DNA of 64,000 bases from Thermodesulfobacteriota bacterium (GTDB lineage: Bacteria; Desulfobacterota; Desulfarculia; JACQYL01). A model generated the notes under the pieces. It had not been told where the DNA came from. It ran no database searches and saw only the letters and a list, made by a program, of their open reading frames with translations. Positions 20,129-29,742 of the stretch are shown here, piece after piece. How positions within the stretch are numbered: the stretch's first letter is position 1; each line of letters opens with the position of its first letter. A program made the translations under genes and the position numbers. Location: assembly GCA_963675595.2 (NCBI GenBank), contig CAXXLZ010000002.1:2976001-3040000 (forward strand), read 5' to 3'.

Positions 20129-20797
20129 ATGCCCAAGCACCGCCGAACACAAAGGGGCCTCGTCTACCTCCCCTTCCGGCGATTCGAAGATCAAATCCGG
20201 AAAATGACGAGCAATTCCAAGGAGGCCCGTTCTCCTCAACCACCGGTGTGCGCGGAAGATCTTTCCGACGAAGAGCTCTTCGCCGTGGAAATGGCCGACG
20301 TTCGGCCCCTTCCCCACGCGGCCCGGGCCAGGCTTTGGGGTCCGCGGACGACAAGCAGGCAGACCTGCCCCGTTCCCGAGAGTATCGATGTCATGGATGC
20401 CCTGTCTCAGCTCGTCGCCGGGGACGCACCCTTAGATCCCACCCACTCGGACGAATACATCTCATGGTGCGCTCCCGGTACCTATCATTCTTCTTTTCGC
20501 GCCCTCAAACAAGGACTCTTTCCGGTCCAGGCCCACCTGGACCTTCATGGAATGACCGTGGGCGAAGCCCAACCCGCGGTCTCGGCCTTTCTCCGTGCAG
20601 CCGCCTTCCGCAGGCTCCGGTGCGTACTAATCGTCCACGGCCGGGGCCACAATTCCAAGGACAACGAGCCCGTGCTGAAAAAGGTGCTCGAAAAATGGCT
20701 CCGGGGAGGCGGACAGGGAAGGATGGTCAAAGCATACGCTTCCGCCCTAAATTACGACGGCGGGTTGGGAGCGGTATATGTCCTTCTTCGTGCCTGA
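20129..20797 (+). CDS. Smr/MutS-domain protein
   Basis: LDLHGMT, CVLIVHGRG, GGLGAVYVLL. Confidence 0.88.
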   Translation: MPKHRRTQRGLVYLPFRRFEDQIRKMTSNSKEARSPQPPVCAEDLSDEELFAVEMADVRPLPHAARARLWGPRTTSRQTCPVPESIDVMDALSQLVAGDAPLDPTHSDEYISWCAPGTYHSSFRALKQGLFPVQAHLDLHGMTVGEAQPAVSAFLRAAAFRRLRCVLIVHGRGHNSKDNEPVLKKVLEKWLRGGGQGRMVKAYASALNYDGGLGAVYVLLRA

Positions 20798-20881
20798 AAC
20801 AGGTTGGGTATCCTCTCCTCGGCAGCCTTAACACCAACCCGCAGGTAGCGCTTGGGTCCACCTGCAATTCGCCCGGCGCCC

Positions 20882-21394
20882 TCACAGCTTCCGGAATTTC
20901 GCCCGTTCTTTTCTGAGTTTCCGAGCGGGCCGTTTTGACGGTCCTTTTTTCTTCCCGCTCCCTCCCCGGTCTGCCCAGTCCTCACCGGTCAGGACCTCCT
21001 GATCCGCCCCGGCGAGAATCATGTCGAAATCCTGAGAGGACACCGGCAGCGACCCTCTGGCTTGAGCGTAGGAGAACACTTCACGATCCGACGAAACCAC
21101 TACCGCTTTTTCACCGAGCTGCGCTGCAAGCCTTTTGATCACCGCGTCAGCCTGTTCCCCTTGCCTGGAGAACACAATTCGCACGCCGCCTTCGTAGCGG
21201 GTCTCCCCTCGTAGGCTCCCCTCCAGCCAGCCATCAAAGACCACGGTGACCGAATGGCCCTTTTCCTGTTTATATCGCACCAGTTCTTGGATCAACAGCC
21301 TGCGGCCGGATTCCAGGTCTTCACGGGCCGCGCTCTCGAAAAGCATGGAGGCGTGAATCAAATTGTAGCCGTCAACAATCACATGCAAGGGCAT
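20882..21394 (-). CDS. NYN-domain (YacP/Rae1-like) ribonuclease
   Basis: IVDGYNLI, VVFDG, ADAVI, VVSSDRE. Confidence 0.85.
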   Translation of the reverse strand: MPLHVIVDGYNLIHASMLFESAAREDLESGRRLLIQELVRYKQEKGHSVTVVFDGWLEGSLRGETRYEGGVRIVFSRQGEQADAVIKRLAAQLGEKAVVVSSDREVFSYAQARGSLPVSSQDFDMILAGADQEVLTGEDWADRGGSGKKKGPSKRPARKLRKERAKFRKL

Positions 21395-21397
21395 GTT

Positions 21398-22258
21398 TCA
21401 CTGAGCCTTGATGAGGTCCAAAAGGCGAGATAATTCTTCATGTGATCCATAATCGATCTTGATGGATCCCGATGTCCCACGATTCCGGATATTCACTTTC
21501 ATACCGAGGACACCCGACATCTCTCGTTCCAAATCGGCGAAGTAGGCCTGCTCGTCTTCCGGCACCTGCCGCCTAGGCCGCTCGACTCGCGGTTTCGCCG
21601 CCACTGCTTTCTCGGTCTCTCTCACGGAAAGCCGCTCTGCAACCACTCGCTCGGCCAGCTCAACAATCCGTTCCGCCTCGTCCAGCCCGAGCAGGGCCCG
21701 TGCATGCCCCATGCTCAAGCGCCCTTCGAACAGGTGTTCCTTCACCTCGTCGGGAAGCTGGTTGAGCCTCAGCATATTGGCAACGGTTGAGCGATTCTTT
21801 CCCAGCCGATCCGCAAGCTCTTGCTGCGTTAGGCCGTGATCATCCATGAGCGTTTGATAGGCCCGCGCCTCCTCCACCGGATTCAAGTCTTCACGTTGAA
21901 TGTTTTCAATGAGGGCGATTTCCAAGACTTCGGCGTCGGGCAACTCGCGAACAATGGCGGGAATTCGCGCAAGACCGGCTCGACCGGCGGCTCTCCAGCG
22001 ACGCTCACCGGCGATCAACTCGAAGTGATCCGACTTCTTCCGGACAAGCACAGGCTGAATGATCCCCTTGTGCCGGATGGACTCAGCCAATTCCAACAGG
22101 CTTTCCTCACTGACCCGGGTGCGGGGTTGAACCGCGCAGGGTTTGATCTCGTCGACCCCGACCATGGTCACTTCCGCGGCCAGTTCCTCAGTGGGAGAAC
22201 CCCATTCGGATAATAGGGCGTCAAGGCCCCTGCCAAGTCCCTTTTTCTTGCTGCTCAT
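21398..22258 (-). CDS. parB: Chromosome partitioning protein ParB/Spo0J
   Basis: KKGLGRGLDAL, QPR, IAGERRWRA, LIENIQREDL, HTH, GHARALL. Confidence 0.95.
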   Translation of the reverse strand: MSSKKKGLGRGLDALLSEWGSPTEELAAEVTMVGVDEIKPCAVQPRTRVSEESLLELAESIRHKGIIQPVLVRKKSDHFELIAGERRWRAAGRAGLARIPAIVRELPDAEVLEIALIENIQREDLNPVEEARAYQTLMDDHGLTQQELADRLGKNRSTVANMLRLNQLPDEVKEHLFEGRLSMGHARALLGLDEAERIVELAERVVAERLSVRETEKAVAAKPRVERPRRQVPEDEQAYFADLEREMSGVLGMKVNIRNRGTSGSIKIDYGSHEELSRLLDLIKAQ

Positions 22259-22398
22259 GTCTTAACCTTTGAACGCTGCCTTAGGATTGCCGGAAGCATC
22301 CGAACTTTGGGCGAGGATTCCCTACTTCGTGGGCAGCTTCTGCGCAAGGGCGACGCCCGGCACACGCCTTTCTCCGTGAACCGCTCAAACGGCGTGAT

Positions 22399-23196
22399 TC
22401 AAGGCACGGCGACCCGGGCTCGCTCAGCATCCCCGGCACGCCTCTCCATGATTTCCCGTGCAAGAGCCAGGTAACTGGTAGCACCCTTGGAATTCACGTC
22501 GTAAAGCAACACGGGTAATCCGTGGCTGGGGCTTTCGCTCAGACGGACATTTCGCGGAATGATGGTTTGGAATCGCTCTTTCGAAAAATGTGCATCCACC
22601 TGACCCACGATCTGGGAGGAGAGGTTGTTCCTCGCATCAAACATGGTCATGAGGATCCCTTCGACGGTCAGGAACGAATTGAAGCGCTGTTTTACCGTAC
22701 GAATGGTTTTCAGCAGGCTGGACAGACCTTCCAGCGCATAATACTCACATTGGATGGGAATCAAAACGCTGTCCGCGGCCGTGAGGGCGTTTACCGTGAG
22801 CAGTCCGAGAGATGGAGGGCAGTCCAAAAGGATATAATCATATTCACCGCTCACCTCTCCGATCTTCTTCTTCAAAACGGATTCCCGCCCAGGGACGGAT
22901 ACCAGTTCCACCTCCGCACCAATGAGGTCCTGCTGTGCGGGGATGACATGCAGGAAAGGGAGCCGGCTCTCGAGGACGACTTCCGGAGCCTCCGCGGCTC
23001 CGATAAGGAGATGATACAGATGCCGTCCGGCCTTCTCCTTTGCGATGCCGATGCCGCTGCTCGCGTTGCCCTGCGGATCGCAATCCACCAGAAGCACGCG
23101 TTTCTCGGCGACGGCAAGAGAAGAGGCCAGGTTCACGGAAGTGGTGGTCTTTCCCACTCCTCCCTTCTGATTCGCGATACAGATGACTCTAGCCAT
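22399..23196 (-). CDS. parA: Chromosome partitioning ATPase ParA/Soj
   Basis: NQKGGVGKTTT, DCDPQGN, DCPPSLG, QCEYYALEG, PRNVRLSESPSHG. Confidence 0.95.
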   Translation of the reverse strand: MARVICIANQKGGVGKTTTSVNLASSLAVAEKRVLLVDCDPQGNASSGIGIAKEKAGRHLYHLLIGAAEAPEVVLESRLPFLHVIPAQQDLIGAEVELVSVPGRESVLKKKIGEVSGEYDYILLDCPPSLGLLTVNALTAADSVLIPIQCEYYALEGLSSLLKTIRTVKQRFNSFLTVEGILMTMFDARNNLSSQIVGQVDAHFSKERFQTIIPRNVRLSESPSHGLPVLLYDVNSKGATSYLALAREIMERRAGDAERARVAVP

Positions 23197-23306
23197 ATAG
23201 CGGAAACGACTTTCCAAGTCTGTGATCGGTTACGGACTATACGGCCCTGCAGAGAAGAGGAGCGGCCGGCCTTCCGGTGGGTTTGGCCCAGTCACGTCCG
23301 GATCGT

Positions 23307-23322
23307 TGTTCCACGTGAAACA
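23307..23322. promoter_or_regulatory. parS: parS centromere site upstream of parA
   Basis: TGTTCCACGTGAAACA is an exact consensus match, about 110 bp upstream of parA. Confidence 0.9.
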
Positions 23323-23398
23323 ATCCACTCCCTCTTCGCGTCCCCTCCCACAAAGCCCTCACCAACGATTCCACGCGGTGACGAATGATGAAACCCGT

Positions 23399-24244
23399 TT
23401 ACACCTGCACTTCCCCTTCCACAGCCCCTTCCACTTCAAAACAACCATCACGTCGTTCGGCCCAGTCCTTGCACCACGCCACCAATTCATCCATGCCTTC
23501 GTCGGACCTCGTGGGCTCATGGTGATACAGAACGAGTCGTTTTACCTCGGCCTCCCGCGCCATCCTCAGAACGCTCTCACAAGACGAATGTCCCCAGTTC
23601 TTGCGGCCGATAATCTCCTCTTCCGTATACTGGCAGTCGTGTACCAGGACATCGGCACCGGAGCAGAATTTCACAAAATCAGCGGGCCGGCTCCCTTCCC
23701 AAGAATCCTCACGCAACTCATTATCCGTAATGAACACGAAGGTCTTGCCGCCTTCACGAAAACGGAACCCCAACCCTCCGCCGGGATGTTGAAGCCGAAT
23801 CGAGTCGATCCGCGCATCCCCAATAATCCGGTATCCATCCTTCTCCATCCGGTCGGAAAAACTGATGCGGCTCTTCAGCTCCTCGAAACGAACCGGAAAA
23901 AATCCGTCTACCATCCGGTTCTCAAAGAGCGTCATCAAGCCCTTATAAGCGCGACTACTTCCGTCTACTTCGATCTCGGTGGATTCGTCGTAAATAGGAT
24001 AGAAGAACGGAAAACCTAGAATATGATCCCAATGGATGTGAGTGATCAACAAGTGCATCCCGACCGGTTCACCACGACTACGCAGTACTCGCCCCAACTC
24101 CTGGATTCCTGTTCCAGCGTCGATCACCACTCTACGACCACCGGAAAGGTTCACTTCTACGCAAGCCGTGTTACCGCCATAACGAAGCGTTCTTTTACCC
24201 GGAACGGCGATGGAACCTCGGGTGCCCCACAAGAAAACATTCAT
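23399..24244 (-). CDS. MBL-fold metallo-hydrolase
   Basis: WGTRGS, YGGNTAC, DAGTG, THIHWDH, TDNE, WGHS, YHHEP. Confidence 0.88.
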   Translation of the reverse strand: MNVFLWGTRGSIAVPGKRTLRYGGNTACVEVNLSGGRRVVIDAGTGIQELGRVLRSRGEPVGMHLLITHIHWDHILGFPFFYPIYDESTEIEVDGSSRAYKGLMTLFENRMVDGFFPVRFEELKSRISFSDRMEKDGYRIIGDARIDSIRLQHPGGGLGFRFREGGKTFVFITDNELREDSWEGSRPADFVKFCSGADVLVHDCQYTEEEIIGRKNWGHSSCESVLRMAREAEVKRLVLYHHEPTRSDEGMDELVAWCKDWAERRDGCFEVEGAVEGEVQV

Positions 24245-24363
24245 GATTCCCGCACCGACGCTTCCCTCCCGCGGACAGGACTTGAATACACCGCACACAC
24301 TCTCGTTCACTTCCGACCTAGCCCAACATTCCCTTACTCTTTAGAAGAACAAAGCCTGAACTG

Positions 24364-25227
24364 TCAACCCGCATCACCTTCGATCAACGAACCGTCGCCT
24401 TCCCATCGTCCGTTGCCCGTTGCTTTGGCGTATGTCCCAAAAATTCGAACACGTTTTGAAAAAAATCTCAGCTCCCGCAGTGCGTTCTGAACCGCACGTT
24501 CTTCAGGAGCCCCTTCGAAATCAAGATGAAAAGCGTAATGAAGCGGCCGCTTCTTTGAGGGACGCGATTCTATCTTGGTCAAGTTCACCCCGTTGGTGGC
24601 AAATCCCCCGAGAGCCTTGAACAAAGCAGACGGTATGTGCCGCGTTTCGAACACCAACGACGTCTTCACCAAGCCCGACGCCTGTACGGGTTTCGTCCCA
24701 AGAATCAGGAACCGGGTCGCGTTGTTCTTCCAGGTTTGAATCGACCGCCGCAGAACCCGAAGTCCATAAATCTTGGCACACGATACGTGTGCCACAGCCG
24801 CCTCCTCACGAATCCCCCGCTCACTCACTTCTCTCGCGGCTCCGGCCGTGTCCAATGCCGGCACCGATTCGAAACCGCTTTCCCTCAGGAACCCTTCGCA
24901 CTGCTCCAACGCCTGGGGGTGTGAGTAAACCCTTCGAACATCCTCAGCTTTCGTTCCCGGGACCCCCAACAAAGCATGCCGGATTTTTGTACTCGTCTCG
25001 CCGATGATGAACAGATCGTACCGCTCCAATAAGTCCATGGTCGCCACAATCGTTCCCGCGTAAGAGTTCTCAATGGGAACGATTCCATATTCAGCCTCTC
25101 CCTGCTCCACCGCATTGAAGACCTTATCCAGATTGGAACACGGAACGGTCACCACCTCCTCACCGAAATACGAAAGCGCCGCTCTCTGGCTGTGCGCGCC
25201 CCTTTCCCCCTGAAATGCCACTCTCAT
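24364..25227 (-). CDS. pheA: Prephenate dehydratase with ACT domain
   Basis: VAFQGERGAHS, PIENS, SHPQAL.QC, NATRF, NLTKIESRP. Confidence 0.92.
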   Translation of the reverse strand: MRVAFQGERGAHSQRAALSYFGEEVVTVPCSNLDKVFNAVEQGEAEYGIVPIENSYAGTIVATMDLLERYDLFIIGETSTKIRHALLGVPGTKAEDVRRVYSHPQALEQCEGFLRESGFESVPALDTAGAAREVSERGIREEAAVAHVSCAKIYGLRVLRRSIQTWKNNATRFLILGTKPVQASGLVKTSLVFETRHIPSALFKALGGFATNGVNLTKIESRPSKKRPLHYAFHLDFEGAPEERAVQNALRELRFFSKRVRIFGTYAKATGNGRWEGDGSLIEGDAG

Positions 25228-25973
25228 TCGACCGCCCTCCCACCATCCTCCACAAGCTTGGCGTCTATCTCCTCAAGTGAATGAATCAGCGCCTTCCGCA
25301 TCACGCCGGCATAAGGATTCAAGGTCTGCAAATCCCGAAATAATTCCTCCGTATCGTTACGTACGAACTGCAAAATTTCCATCAGCTGTTCGAAACCTTG
25401 CGTCGTGATTTCTTCCCGCCGAATGCCCAATTTCATCACCGCACGTCCCAGGAAATGGGCCAACACCTGACTCCGCGCCATCATCCGGTCGTGTTCATCG
25501 GGCGACGAACGAATCACGGTCAAACCCAGCCTCGACAAGAATCCCGCAACCCGGTCTCCTTCGCATCCCCGCCCGGGACACAACACCACCTTGTTCCCGG
25601 TGAAACCGGGACGTATGCTGTCCGGTCCGAAACACGGATGAGTCCCGAGAATCTTTACATAATCAGGCAGAATCGATTGCATCCATTCAATAGGAAGCAT
25701 TTTGACGGAACACGTGTCGCACACAAGGGCACCCTTGCGCACCATGCTGCTAATCTCCCTCAGCACATTCCGCATCGCGGAAATCGGAACTGCCAGGACT
25801 ACGGTTCCTCTAGACGCCGCCTCTTCCAGAGAACCAGACCGGATTCCTTCCGTCCCCTCGATCCCCAAACCTACCCGATCATACGCCACGATGGAGAAAT
25901 AGGGAGACAACGCACATCCCACGAGCCTTCCGAACCGTCCAAATCCAATCATTCCCAATTCAGGTCGCTTCAC
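25224..25973 (-). CDS. tyrA: Prephenate/arogenate dehydrogenase
   Basis: IGFGRFG Rossmann fold, DTCSVK, THPCFGP, EHDRMMA.SQ. Confidence 0.85.
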   Translation of the reverse strand: MKRPELGMIGFGRFGRLVGCALSPYFSIVAYDRVGLGIEGTEGIRSGSLEEAASRGTVVLAVPISAMRNVLREISSMVRKGALVCDTCSVKMLPIEWMQSILPDYVKILGTHPCFGPDSIRPGFTGNKVVLCPGRGCEGDRVAGFLSRLGLTVIRSSPDEHDRMMARSQVLAHFLGRAVMKLGIRREEITTQGFEQLMEILQFVRNDTEELFRDLQTLNPYAGVMRKALIHSLEEIDAKLVEDGGRAVE

Positions 25974-27283
25974 CGCTGCACCGATCGGCTATGTCCGATG
26001 ATTTCCTCGAACAATTTTTCTACATATCCACCGTCCAGACCAAGCTCCGACACCAGCTCCTCGCGCCGCACCTTCATTGCCTGCTCCCGCGCAGTATCGA
26101 GAACCTCGGTCCGCGTTTCCGCCTTAACCGCACCAATGCACCTCACCGCTTCCTCACGCTCCCTCAGAAGTTCCAGGATCTCCTCATCAATGCGATCAAC
26201 GCGCCTGCGAAGATTTCCCAATGCGGAGCCGTTTCCTCGAAGCTCCTCCTGAGCAAGCCAAGCATCATAAATCACCAGGGCGCACATGGCCTCCACCACG
26301 GGAACAATTCTAGGGCAAATGCATGGGTCATGCCTCCCCCGGATGCTGATGCTTTGTTCCCTACCCTCACGGTCCACCGTCGATTGCGGCAGCGCAATGG
26401 AAGGAGTCGGTTTCACCCCTACCCGAACCACGATGGGAGCGCCTGTGGAAATTCCTCCGAGAATCCCCCCGCATCGGTTACTTCGGAACCCTTCACCATC
26501 CATACCATCGTTGTTTTCAGACCCCAACAACTCAGCGGCCCGAAAACCTTCCCCAATTTCAACGCCCTTAACCGCTCCAACCGACATCAACGCGCCGGCC
26601 AGCAGAGCGTCCAGCTTGCCGAACACAGGATCCCCCAAGCCGGCGGGAACCCCCTCAACCGCGATCTCCACCACGCCGCCAACCGAATCACCCGCCTTTT
26701 TCGCCTCCAGAATGACCCGTTCCATTTTTTCCGCCGTATCCGCGTCGGGACACCGAACAGGATTCTTCTCCACTTGGCCCCAGTCACGAAAACAGGTTTT
26801 GACGCTGCCCACCTGCACCGTTCCCCCAACAACAGTGACCCCCAACGCCGCAAGTTCCTTCTTCGCCAAAGCCCCTGCAGCCACGCGTCCAACGGTTTCG
26901 CGGGCGGAAGCCCGACCACCTCCCCGATGGTCCCGGATTCCATATTTCGCTTCATACGTGAAATCCGCATGCCCCGGGCGAAAAAGGGTCTTCAATGCGT
27001 CGTAATCCCCGCTTCGCTGTCCCGAATTCCAGACCACCATACAAATCGGCGTGCCCAACGTCCGCCCCTCGAAAACTCCGGAAAGAATCTCAACCCGATC
27101 CTCTTCCCGCCGGGCGGTGGAAACGGAACTCTGCCCGGGCTTCCTCCGGTCGAGTTCTCTCTGAATATCCTCAGCGGTCAGCGACAGCCCGGGTTTGACA
27201 CGATCAATGACCACCCCGACAGCCCGACCATGACTCTCACCAAACGTTACGATCCGAAAATGATTACCAAAGAAATTGCTCAA
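25970..27283 (-). CDS. aroC: Chorismate synthase fused to a C-terminal AroQ-type chorismate mutase domain
   Basis: FGESHG, RPGHAD, GGGRASARET, GGILGGIS, KPTPSI, GRHDPC, then LRRRVDRIDEEILELLRER..IGAVK..D.ARE..LFEEII..SR..Q. TTG start after GGAGG. Confidence 0.9.
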   Translation of the reverse strand: MSNFFGNHFRIVTFGESHGRAVGVVIDRVKPGLSLTAEDIQRELDRRKPGQSSVSTARREEDRVEILSGVFEGRTLGTPICMVVWNSGQRSGDYDALKTLFRPGHADFTYEAKYGIRDHRGGGRASARETVGRVAAGALAKKELAALGVTVVGGTVQVGSVKTCFRDWGQVEKNPVRCPDADTAEKMERVILEAKKAGDSVGGVVEIAVEGVPAGLGDPVFGKLDALLAGALMSVGAVKGVEIGEGFRAAELLGSENNDGMDGEGFRSNRCGGILGGISTGAPIVVRVGVKPTPSIALPQSTVDREGREQSISIRGRHDPCICPRIVPVVEAMCALVIYDAWLAQEELRGNGSALGNLRRRVDRIDEEILELLREREEAVRCIGAVKAETRTEVLDTAREQAMKVRREELVSELGLDGGYVEKLFEEIIGHSRSVQR

Positions 27284-27370
27284 GGAAGTCCTCCAGTGCA
27301 TCCCACCATCCTCCGGTCCGAACGACGATTCCCCGTGCCGGCGTCTCACCGCAGCACCTTGAGGAGCGTC

Positions 27371-28642
27371 TCATTGCATTCCCTCGAAAACTTCCCAGAA
27401 CCCGGGAAACGATTTATTCACACAGCCGGGATTTCGAATCGTCACACCCGGCACCCGCAGGCCCAACACGGCGAACGCCATGGCGATTCTGTGGTCATTG
27501 TAGGTGTCGATGGCCGCCCCGTGAAGCTCGCCACCGCGAATCACCAGCCCGTCCCCTGCCTCCTCCACGAGCCCGCCCATCTTTCTCAGTTCCTGCGTCA
27601 CCGAGCTGAGCCGATCCGACTCCTTGACGCGCAGGTGTTCCACATTCCGGATGCGCGTTACCCCCTCGGTCGCCGCGGCCACCACGGACAGGGTGGGAAC
27701 CAGGTCCGGCATGGAGTTCATGTCCACGTCCACTCCACTCATCGCGGGTCCACGAAGCTCCACGCCCCCGTCACGATAAGCGATCGAACACCCCATCTTT
27801 TCCAGCACCCCTACGAATCGGGCATCCCCCTGGATGGACTCCGAACCCAAACCCTCCACAAAAACCTCGCCTCCCAAAAGCGCCGCAGCCGCCAGCGCGT
27901 AGGAAGCGCTGGAAGCATCCGGTTCCACCCGATATGCTCCATTCCGATATTTCCCTTTGGGCACCCGAAAAACTCCGTTCTCTTCCTCCACACGCACCCC
28001 GAAGCTTTCCATCACTCTGAGGGTGATGTCCACGTACGGTCGGGAACTCAACGGCGGAATCACCTCCACGGTCACGGGCTGCGCAGCGTACGGAGCAGAC
28101 AGAAGAATTCCCGAAAGATACTGACTACTCACCCAACCCTTGACACGGGTGAAGCCTCCCTTCAGGCCTCCAGGAGGAACTCGGATGGGAGGACAACCAT
28201 TACCCCCAAGCGATTCCGCCATCACCCCGATGCCGGTTAGCGCTTCGAGTAAGTCTTCCATCGGCCGCTCCCTGAGACGGGAGTCCCCGTCCAGGAGACT
28301 ACCACCCGGAGCCAGAGAAGCGTACGGCGTCAACAACCTCATGGCCGTTCCGGAGCCCCCCAGAAAGATTGGATTCACCGGTGCCTCGAGCTTGCCTCCA
28401 GTCCCGGAAACCTCGATCACATCGTCTTCTACGCGGAAGCCCGAGCCGAAAGCTCTCAACCCGTCCATCATTCGCCGAATATCGTCGCTGTCCAGCGGAT
28501 TCTCCACTCGCACGGGCTCCTCGCAAAGGGAAGCAATCAGAAGCGCCCGGGCCGTTATGCTCTTGGAACCGGGAAGCTTTACGGCACTCTTCAGAGGCCC
28601 TCTTGTCTTCACTGGTCTTTCCGAGTTCTCTCCCGACTTCAT
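27371..28642 (-). CDS. aroA: EPSP synthase
   Basis: PGSKSITARAL, SGTAMR, LRERPM, SSQYLSG, LRVKESDR, DHRIAM, KSFP. Confidence 0.95.
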   Translation of the reverse strand: MKSGENSERPVKTRGPLKSAVKLPGSKSITARALLIASLCEEPVRVENPLDSDDIRRMMDGLRAFGSGFRVEDDVIEVSGTGGKLEAPVNPIFLGGSGTAMRLLTPYASLAPGGSLLDGDSRLRERPMEDLLEALTGIGVMAESLGGNGCPPIRVPPGGLKGGFTRVKGWVSSQYLSGILLSAPYAAQPVTVEVIPPLSSRPYVDITLRVMESFGVRVEEENGVFRVPKGKYRNGAYRVEPDASSASYALAAAALLGGEVFVEGLGSESIQGDARFVGVLEKMGCSIAYRDGGVELRGPAMSGVDVDMNSMPDLVPTLSVVAAATEGVTRIRNVEHLRVKESDRLSSVTQELRKMGGLVEEAGDGLVIRGGELHGAAIDTYNDHRIAMAFAVLGLRVPGVTIRNPGCVNKSFPGFWEVFEGMQ

Positions 28643-29742
28643 GACCTCATGCCCTCCAAAGTCTCCCTCACCAGCGGAACGGGCACCTCCCATGTCACCA
28701 TGGGCCTTCCCAATCCCTTTAACAGCACCCATCGCAGTCTCCCCTGTAACGCCTTCTTGTCACGAAAAAGAGCTGAAAGAACCTCCTCAACCTCGACATT
28801 ACCGGGCATGGCCACAGGCAAGCCCAATCCTCTCAAAACGTCCTCAATGCGAAGTGCGTCACTCTTTTCAAGCAGGCCCAGAGCCGAGCTCAAACGACTC
28901 GCAGCCACCATTCCCACAGCCACCGCCGCGCCGTGAGGCAGCTCATAATCGGCGCTCACTTCCACACCATGCCCGACGGTGTGCCCAAAATTCAGAATCA
29001 TGCGCTCCCCGCTCTCCAGAGGATCCCGCTCAATGACTCCAGCCTTGATTTTCAGGCACCGTTTTACCAGATCCAACCACGCACCGTCTCTCAGAGAAGC
29101 GTCCGCCAAGTCCATTTTCTCCAACTCCGCAAGAATTCCCTCGTCCGCAATCAAGCCGTACTTTACCACTTCCGAAGCACCGTTCCGGATCTCCTCCACA
29201 GGGAGACTCGACAAGAACTCAGTATCCACAAAGATATGTTCAGGCTGATGAAACGTACCCACCATGTTCTTGCCGGTCGGCAGGTCCACCCCGGTCTTCC
29301 CCCCAAGACAGCTGTCCACCTGAGCGAGAAGGGTGGTCGGAATCTGAACAAGAGAGATTCCCCTCATGTAGACCGAGGATGCAAAGCCTCCCAGGTCTCC
29401 GACCACTCCCCCACCCAACGAGACCAAGACGGACCGCCTGTCCATCTTCTCTTCCACCATCCGTTCGAGCACCAGCCCGGCAGTCGCCCAAGTCTTGCTC
29501 TTCTCCCCGGCTTCGATGGCCATGCATCGCGGCTTAACACCCATGCCTTCCAAAACTGCCACGACCTGCTCACCCCAACATCTTTGCACGATATGATCAG
29601 TGAGCAGGAAAACCGTCCTGCCTTCCAGGACCTCGCCCACGGCCTCAGCCATCCGACCCTTAATCCCATAACCGATGGTTACGCGAAAACAACTTTCGGG
29701 TCTTCCCGGTACCGTTACGCCAAATGAGGAGGCTTCCGTCAT
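28639..29742 (-). CDS. aroB: 3-dehydroquinate synthase
   Basis: GEKSK, GGGVVGDLGGF, PTTLLAQVDS, GGKTG, NFGHT.GH, HG.AVA.GM, DKK. Confidence 0.95.
   Translation of the reverse strand: MTEASSFGVTVPGRPESCFRVTIGYGIKGRMAEAVGEVLEGRTVFLLTDHIVQRCWGEQVVAVLEGMGVKPRCMAIEAGEKSKTWATAGLVLERMVEEKMDRRSVLVSLGGGVVGDLGGFASSVYMRGISLVQIPTTLLAQVDSCLGGKTGVDLPTGKNMVGTFHQPEHIFVDTEFLSSLPVEEIRNGASEVVKYGLIADEGILAELEKMDLADASLRDGAWLDLVKRCLKIKAGVIERDPLESGERMILNFGHTVGHGVEVSADYELPHGAAVAVGMVAASRLSSALGLLEKSDALRIEDVLRGLGLPVAMPGNVEVEEVLSALFRDKKALQGRLRWVLLKGLGRPMVTWEVPVPLVRETLEGMRS

Noticed and set aside
25991-28240. 749-aa plus-strand ORF
   Set aside because: Antisense shadow of aroC/aroA, favoured by the local strand bias.
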